IMG/VR virus record: IMGVR_UViG_3300025012_000027
Span: 152,116 to 216,115 of that record
Length of the DNA stretch: 64,000 nt
Reading direction: 5' to 3' (one strand)
Below the pieces are notes generated by a model. That model was not told where the DNA came from. It ran no database searches and saw only the letters and a list, made by a program, of their open reading frames with translations. The translations under genes were made by a program, and so were the position numbers. The first letter of the stretch is position 1. Each line of letters opens with the position of its first letter. Below, one piece after another: positions 57,797-64,000 of this stretch.

Positions 57797-60061
57797 ATGG
57801 CTGTTTTAAATTTTCCATCATCGGGACTTGTTGCTAATGTAACAACATATTCTGCCAACGGCAAGACTTGGTTGTGGGATGGCGTATCTTGGGTAACGTC
57901 AGATAGCTTGTTGAACGCTATCACCCAGATTGATGGTACTGGGTCTGGCATTGACGCAGATATGGTCGATGGATATCACGCATCTTCTCTAGCCAAAGCC
58001 GGCATCAATGCAGACATAACCGAGATGACAGCCGTCACTGGAGGAATTTCTACTCCAGAATACATTGACTTGAACATAGTTCTGCCAACGGCTCCAAATG
58101 CAGTTGGAAGATTATATTGGGATAATGCTGATGGTAGTCAGACACTGAACATCGGTATGGCCGGCGGAAATGTTATCCAGCAGGTTGGTCAAGAAACATA
58201 TTTCAGAGTAAAGGCATCGTCAGCAATCACCAACGGACAAGTCGTGATGGTTACTGGTACGGTTGGTTTGAGTGGTTCACTGACGGGCGCACCGGCCACC
58301 GGCTTGGCATATAACACCCAGTATAAAGTTATTGGTATTGCTACTGAAGATATTTTAGTTGATACTTGGGGATATGTCACTAATTTCGGCTTGGTTAGAG
58401 GATTTGATACGACGGGTACCCCATACGGTGAAGTTTGGGCAGACGGAGACGTCCTTTACTTCAACCCAGCATATCCAGGCGGGTTAACAAAAACTATACC
58501 AGCTAAACCAAATGCTATAGTGCGACTGGCTATGGTCGTTAATACATCTGGTGCCGGTTCTGTAATGGTTCGAGTAACTATCGGGTCTGAATTCGGTGGT
58601 ATTGATACTAACGTTCAGTTTAGCACTGTTTCAGGTAACGATTTCATTGCATATAATTCAACGAACGGCAGATGGGAAAATTATTCTAGACAATCATCTC
58701 TGAATGTATTGGCTGGCGCAGTCACTTCGGCTCAGTTTTTGCGAGGCAATGGTACGAATGTATTGATGTCGGCTATCCAAGTGACAGATGTCCCGACGCT
58801 GAATCAGAATACTACGGGTAGCGCTGGATCGGTAATCAATGCAGTTACATTCAACAACGGCGGCACGGGCGATGCGTCGGGTACGACATACAATGGCTCT
58901 GCTACCAAGACGATTTCGTATAACACGATTGGAGCATATGCCGATAGTAACCCATCTGGATATACTACTAATACAGGTACTGTTACATCTGTATCATTGA
59001 CTGTCCCGACTGGACTGTCTATCGCTGGGTCACCGATAACGACTAGTGGTACTCTTGCAGTTACTTTGACGGCTGGCTATTCAATACCAACTACTGCGAG
59101 TCAAACAACCTGGGACACAGCCTACACTGATAGAAACAAGTGGGATGGCGGAGCGACTGGATTAACTGCCGCTACTGGAAGAACATCACTTGGTGGAACG
59201 ACTGTTGGTCAAAACGTTTTCACGTTGGTTAATCCATCGGCTATCACATTCCCACGATTCAATGCCGATAATACCGTATCCGCATTAGATGCAGCAACGT
59301 TCAGGACGGCGATTGGTGCTGGTACTAGTTCTACGGTTGGAACGGTCACTAGTGTTGCAGCACTCACGTTAGGTACTACTGGTACCGATGTATCGTCATC
59401 AGTAGCTAACGGTACAACTACTCCCGTAATAACATTAAACATTCCAACAGCCTCGGCTGCTAATCGCGGTGCATTAAGTGCTGCTGATTGGACTACGTTT
59501 AACAATAAACAACCCGCGGGGGCATATTTAACATCAGCTGTCACGACGATATCATTTGGCACGACCGGATTAACCCCAAGCACATCTACTTCTGGTGCAG
59601 TGACTGTTGCGGGGACACTTGCAATTGCGAATGGCGGTACTGGTGCGACCTCTGCGGAGGTGGCATTATCAAACCTAGGTGCATATGCTGCTAGTAATCC
59701 AAGTGGTTATACTAGCAACACAGGAACCGTTACTTCTATCATTGCTGGTACAGGTCTAAACGGTGGAACGATAACGACTACTGGTACTATTGATATAGCA
59801 AATACCACAGTCACCCCTGGTTCATATACCAATACGAATCTAACAGTTGATGCTCAGGGTAGGATCACTGCGGCTGCTAATGGCTCCGGTGGTGGCGCTA
59901 CAGGCGGTGGAACTGACGAGGCATTTTATGAGAATGATATGACGATCTCAACTAGCTATACATTGACCGCAGGTAAAAACGCTATGTCAGCGGGGCCTAT
60001 AAATATTAGCGATGGAGTTACGGTAACCATTCCGTCCGGAGCAGCTTGGAGTATTGTTTAA
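57797..60061 (+). CDS. long tail fibre protein
   Basis: DADMVDG, GTVTSV, TVDAQGRIT, FYEND...NAMSAGP. Confidence 0.85.
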   Translation: MAVLNFPSSGLVANVTTYSANGKTWLWDGVSWVTSDSLLNAITQIDGTGSGIDADMVDGYHASSLAKAGINADITEMTAVTGGISTPEYIDLNIVLPTAPNAVGRLYWDNADGSQTLNIGMAGGNVIQQVGQETYFRVKASSAITNGQVVMVTGTVGLSGSLTGAPATGLAYNTQYKVIGIATEDILVDTWGYVTNFGLVRGFDTTGTPYGEVWADGDVLYFNPAYPGGLTKTIPAKPNAIVRLAMVVNTSGAGSVMVRVTIGSEFGGIDTNVQFSTVSGNDFIAYNSTNGRWENYSRQSSLNVLAGAVTSAQFLRGNGTNVLMSAIQVTDVPTLNQNTTGSAGSVINAVTFNNGGTGDASGTTYNGSATKTISYNTIGAYADSNPSGYTTNTGTVTSVSLTVPTGLSIAGSPITTSGTLAVTLTAGYSIPTTASQTTWDTAYTDRNKWDGGATGLTAATGRTSLGGTTVGQNVFTLVNPSAITFPRFNADNTVSALDAATFRTAIGAGTSSTVGTVTSVAALTLGTTGTDVSSSVANGTTTPVITLNIPTASAANRGALSAADWTTFNNKQPAGAYLTSAVTTISFGTTGLTPSTSTSGAVTVAGTLAIANGGTGATSAEVALSNLGAYAASNPSGYTSNTGTVTSIIAGTGLNGGTITTTGTIDIANTTVTPGSYTNTNLTVDAQGRITAAANGSGGGATGGGTDEAFYENDMTISTSYTLTAGKNAMSAGPINISDGVTVTIPSGAAWSIV

Positions 60062-60085
60062 TATGAAATTTAATGGAGCAATGGA

Positions 60086-61216
60086 ATGCCAGTAACAATT
60101 AGTGGAAGCGGCCCCATCACGGGGTCTGATCGTGCAGAGAGTGGTGTGAATGATGACATTACCAGCCTTGGTGCCTTAGCCTCAATGAACGGTGGTCAAC
60201 TCGCTGGTCTGCGGAATCGGATTATTAATGGTGGGATGGATATTGCGCAGAGGGGGACGAGTTTTGCAGCGATTGCATCGGGTGCGTATTCGCTGGATCG
60301 GTGGCTGTTTTCAAACACATCTGCCGCCGTTGGCACAGTATCACAGCAGCCTGATGTGCCCAGCGACAACGAGTTTCAAAGCAGCCTGCGCTTTGCTGTC
60401 ACTACAGCTGACGCCAGCATTGCAGCTGGCGATGTGGCTCTAATCAATCAGTACATAGAAGGTTACAACGTTCGTGATTTGATTGGGCGCCCCCTCACGT
60501 TGTCATTCCGTGTTCGTTCCAGCAAGACAGGTGTTCACTGCGTCAGTTTTGGTAATTCAAACACAGACCGCACTTTTGTTTCTGAATACACCGTCAACGC
60601 CGTGAATACTTGGGAGACCAAGACCATTACGGTAAGCGCCGGTCTGATTACCGCAGGCACATGGAACTGGACAAACGGCCTCGGCTTACAGGTTCGTTTT
60701 GCACTGGCAGCAGGTCCCACTTTCCAAACCACCGCAGGTGCATGGCAGACAGGTAACTTCCTTGCCACTGCCAACCAAGTCAACTGCCTCGACACCGTTG
60801 GCAATATCTTCGCCATCACAGGAGTCCAACTCGAACTCGGCTCCGTAGCCACACCCTTTGAGCATCGTCCTTATGGCATGGAGCTGGCGCTGTGTCAGCG
60901 GTATTACTTGAAATCATACAACATAGATGTAGCGCCCGGGTCTGCTTTGTTAAGTGGCGTTAAATCAGGCGTGGCGGTTGATACCGAGAGAATTTTTCTT
61001 AGTATGTGCTTTCCCGTTTCAATGAGATCAACCCCCTCTATTACTCTTTATGGTGAAAATGGCGCATCTGGTGTATGGACAGCAATTGGAGGAGTAAATA
61101 CTGCCAGTGCTTCAAATGAAGGAATTTCTACATCCGGATTCTTATCTGTAACGTCAGCAGGCTTGACAAAAGGAAACGGATATTATGGGCATTTTGTAGC
61201 ATCAGCGGAGCTTTAA
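60086..61216 (+). CDS. tail fibre/receptor-binding protein
   Basis: [15 protein letters not shown]...[12 protein letters not shown]...ELALCQRYY. Confidence 0.82.
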   Translation: MPVTISGSGPITGSDRAESGVNDDITSLGALASMNGGQLAGLRNRIINGGMDIAQRGTSFAAIASGAYSLDRWLFSNTSAAVGTVSQQPDVPSDNEFQSSLRFAVTTADASIAAGDVALINQYIEGYNVRDLIGRPLTLSFRVRSSKTGVHCVSFGNSNTDRTFVSEYTVNAVNTWETKTITVSAGLITAGTWNWTNGLGLQVRFALAAGPTFQTTAGAWQTGNFLATANQVNCLDTVGNIFAITGVQLELGSVATPFEHRPYGMELALCQRYYLKSYNIDVAPGSALLSGVKSGVAVDTERIFLSMCFPVSMRSTPSITLYGENGASGVWTAIGGVNTASASNEGISTSGFLSVTSAGLTKGNGYYGHFVASAEL

Positions 61217-61218
61217 TC

Positions 61219-61524
61219 ATGTATCGACTTTTACCAAATGCGTTTTACGGCCCAGCTCAATGCGTTATCCGCACCACAGACGGTGCCTGCATCCCCGCTG
61301 ACCCAGCCAACACGGACTACGCTCAGTATCTCCAATGGCTTTCCGCAGGCAACACCCCAGAGCCTGCTGACTTGCCCGATCCCAAGGCAACTATCTACAC
61401 CCAGATTGCAGCAATGGAAGCAACAGTGACCCCTCGCAGATTGCGTGAAGCATTACTCACGGGTGACACCACATTCATTGATTCTGTAGATGCACAGATC
61501 ACAACACTACGAGGAGAACTATAA
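61219..61524 (+). CDS. tail fibre assembly chaperone
   Basis: [25 protein letters not shown]. Confidence 0.8.
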   Translation: MYRLLPNAFYGPAQCVIRTTDGACIPADPANTDYAQYLQWLSAGNTPEPADLPDPKATIYTQIAAMEATVTPRRLREALLTGDTTFIDSVDAQITTLRGEL

Positions 61525-62682
61525 ATGGCCGGTTCACTTAAAGTTAATTCAGTCCAGCTAGGCGACTCAGCTACAGCGACCCAAAACTTCGTATGGCAGA
61601 CTAATGTAAATGGTACGGCAAAGTTAGCACGAGGTAATGTAGGGGCAACTACTCAGGACATTCTGACGGTTGATGCTAGCGGTAATGCCGTCATGCCGCA
61701 GGGGGTTTCTGTATATTCAATGAACGGCGGTCAACTCGCTGGGCTGCGTAACCGCTTCATCAACGGTGGGATGCAAATTGCACAGAGAGGCAGCGTAGAA
61801 GTAGTAAGTAACGTTGATACCTACGGGGTGGATCGTTGGATGTGTCACCCTTCATTATTCACGACAGCTACGGGAAGTATGTTTAGTACGGCGAACTCAA
61901 GCTTTGCCTCTGGATACGGCTTCATATGGAGTGCCACAACTACTGGGTCTGGCAATGTCTATTTTACACATAGAATTGAGGCACGTAACTCGGTTTCGCT
62001 GAATAGTAAAACCATTACAATTAGCTTCAAGGTGTATCAAGATAGTGGGTCGACGACGGGTGTTAACGTTAATATCCACAGAGCTAGTGTAGCTGACTAC
62101 TTTGGTGCGCCCATACTTGTGTCTGCAGCTTCGATAGGCTCTTTACCGAGCGGGGTGTTCACGTCATTTTCGCTAACTACCACACTCGGGTCCACATCAG
62201 GGACTAATGGACTACAAATAGCGATTCAGCTAACCGGGCTGGGAGCACTTACGGCGGCGAACATAATTATAGGAGACGCTCAACTCGAAGTCGGCTCCGT
62301 AGCCACACCCTTTGAGCAGCGGCCTTATGGGATGGAGTTGGCGCTGTGTCAGAGGTATTACACGAAATCGTTCGACAGTGCACTTGGAACAGCGCCCGGT
62401 GACTTAGGCGCACTGTTCATGCAACCGAACACTAACTCAACAACAGCCTTTGATGTGACCCTATCAGTGCGCTTCCCTGTAGCAATGCGGACGGCGCCTA
62501 CGGTTACTGGTGTCAACCCAACACAAGGATGGGGTAACTCCAATTGGAGGCTGAGCAGCGATTCAGGTGACGTTACAACCGTAATTGGTGATATTTCTAC
62601 CCAAGGGATGAGGGTTCGCGCTACCGGTCTCCCCGCCCAGCAATTTGCGAGGGGTCATTACCAAGCATCAGCGGAGCTATAA
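61525..62682 (+). CDS. tail fibre/receptor-binding protein, paralogue 2
   Basis: Same conserved end motifs as 60086-61216. Confidence 0.82.
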   Translation: MAGSLKVNSVQLGDSATATQNFVWQTNVNGTAKLARGNVGATTQDILTVDASGNAVMPQGVSVYSMNGGQLAGLRNRFINGGMQIAQRGSVEVVSNVDTYGVDRWMCHPSLFTTATGSMFSTANSSFASGYGFIWSATTTGSGNVYFTHRIEARNSVSLNSKTITISFKVYQDSGSTTGVNVNIHRASVADYFGAPILVSAASIGSLPSGVFTSFSLTTTLGSTSGTNGLQIAIQLTGLGALTAANIIIGDAQLEVGSVATPFEQRPYGMELALCQRYYTKSFDSALGTAPGDLGALFMQPNTNSTTAFDVTLSVRFPVAMRTAPTVTGVNPTQGWGNSNWRLSSDSGDVTTVIGDISTQGMRVRATGLPAQQFARGHYQASAEL

Positions 62683-62691
62683 GGATTACAA

Positions 62692-63069
62692 ATGTACAAA
62701 CTCAATAAAAACTCTACCACCATCACTCGCCTGTCAGATGGCGCGAGTATCCCCGCCGACCCAGCCAACACAGACTACACTCAGTATCTCCAATGGCTCG
62801 CCGCAGGCAACACCCCAGAGCCTGCTGATCCCATCATCATTCCTATCCCTTCCTGCTCACCTCGCCAGATCAGGCAAGTGCTGACAGCAGCAGGGCTGCG
62901 CACAGCTGTAGAGTCAGCAGTAGCAGTGGGTTCACAAGACCTGAAAGATTGGTGGGAATTTTCCACCACCATCGAACGCACGCACCCCGAAGTGATCGCA
63001 ATGGGTGCAGCACTGGGGCAGACGCCGGAGCAACTGGATCAGCTGTTTACGGCTGGAGCAGCGCTGTGA
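62692..63069 (+). CDS. tail fibre assembly chaperone, paralogue 2
   Basis: [17 protein letters not shown]. Confidence 0.8.
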   Translation: MYKLNKNSTTITRLSDGASIPADPANTDYTQYLQWLAAGNTPEPADPIIIPIPSCSPRQIRQVLTAAGLRTAVESAVAVGSQDLKDWWEFSTTIERTHPEVIAMGAALGQTPEQLDQLFTAGAAL

Positions 63070-63088
63070 TCGATTTAAGGAACCATAA

Positions 63089-63694
63089 ATGACAACATCG
63101 ATAATCTCAGTCGATTCCACTACTTCAAAAATACAAGTAGGTGGAGTAGATTCTTTTAGCTTTACGGCAGCTGGTATACTTGGTATATCATCAGTTGATG
63201 TGTCTGATGATTTGACTACTAACGCAAGCTACTATCCAATGTGGTCCACTGGTACTACTGGTCAATCGACGATATACGTGTCGTCGACTAAATTGTTTTT
63301 CAATCCATCAACCGGTACGTTGAATGCCACTAATTTCAACTCATTGTCAGATACAGCATTTAAGAAAAATGTGGTTGATATAGGCAACGCATCTAATACT
63401 ATTAGAAAGTTGCGAGGTGTAGAGTTCCAATGGATTGATAACGGGATTAAATCTGCTGGTGTTATTGCTCAAGAGGTCGCAGACGTTTTACCACACTTGG
63501 TTTCAGAGTCAGATGGCATAAAAAGCGTAAACTATTCCGGCATAATCGCATATCTTATTGAATCAAACAAAGATCTGCAACGACGGCTAGATCTTTTAGA
63601 GAACCGTTCGCGAGAATCGTTAGTTGCGAAAATTAATGCGTTTGTTAGCTCAATTCAGACAATCTTGGTTAATTTGTATCGAGGGGCTAAGTAA
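63089..63694 (+). CDS. tail protein with S74 intramolecular chaperone domain
   Basis: SD..KKN, GVIAQEV, VNYSG, coiled coil. Confidence 0.82.
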   Translation: MTTSIISVDSTTSKIQVGGVDSFSFTAAGILGISSVDVSDDLTTNASYYPMWSTGTTGQSTIYVSSTKLFFNPSTGTLNATNFNSLSDTAFKKNVVDIGNASNTIRKLRGVEFQWIDNGIKSAGVIAQEVADVLPHLVSESDGIKSVNYSGIIAYLIESNKDLQRRLDLLENRSRESLVAKINAFVSSIQTILVNLYRGAK

Positions 63695-64000
63695 TGGCAT
63701 TCTTAAGTCCTGAAGGTGATCTAGAAAAAATCTTCGTTGATGATTTTGGAATGATCGACCAATATGCGTCTACTGGATCTTTATGGACGTGGGGTCGTAA
63801 TACCTATGGCGGACTAGGTGATAATACCATCGCTGATAAAAGCTCTCCAATACAAACTATCGCTGGAGGAACTAACTGGAAGCAGGTTGCTGGTGGCCGA
63901 TATCACACAGCCGCCATAAAAACCGATGGTACTTTATGGTCGTGGGGTCGTAATACCTATGGCGAACTAGGTGATAACACCATCGCCCATAAAAGCTCTC
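63694..64000 (+). CDS. RCC1-repeat protein (truncated by window end)
   Basis: LWTWGRNTYGGLGD...HTAAIKTDGTLWSWGRNTYGELGD. Confidence 0.85.
   Translation, partial: MAFLSPEGDLEKIFVDDFGMIDQYASTGSLWTWGRNTYGGLGDNTIADKSSPIQTIAGGTNWKQVAGGRYHTAAIKTDGTLWSWGRNTYGELGDNTIAHKSS

Noticed and set aside
54282-60852. Long antisense ORFs within tail fibre genes
   Set aside because: Shadow frames produced by Gly/Thr/Ala-rich codon usage.
1-64000. Genome-wide stop-codon reassignment or a dedicated suppressor tRNA
   Set aside because: Core genes are intact in code 11 and end in TAA, TAG or TGA; no canonical tRNA with a CTA, TCA or TTA anticodon was seen.

Overview
A 64 kb segment of a large T4-like myovirus genome. 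Bases 1-14.7 kb (minus strand) form a translation-support island: a Thg1-like tRNA repair enzyme, a truncated RF1-type release factor interrupted by an in-frame UGA, a class II ribonucleotide reductase, NADAR and SLOG proteins, 28 tRNA genes covering all 20 amino acids, and many structured non-coding elements, one carrying a close mimic of the 23S rRNA GTPase-associated centre. At the upstream end of the tRNA array is an unannotated 37-codon leader ORF using 33 different codons (19 amino acids), overlapping a terminator/antiterminator switch. It looks like an attenuator that senses shortage of almost any tRNA and is the top finding. Bases 15-44 kb hold T4-type baseplate, replication (gp43, RegA, gp62/44/45, UvsY, gp61, UvsW), counter-defence (Acb1, ADP-ribosyltransferase-like) and head/tail genes (gp23-gp18). 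From 44 kb onward are the terminase, neck and PAAR genes, a ~900 bp structured non-coding region and a plus-strand tail-fibre cluster. All calls are by eye from motifs and synteny; no searches were run.
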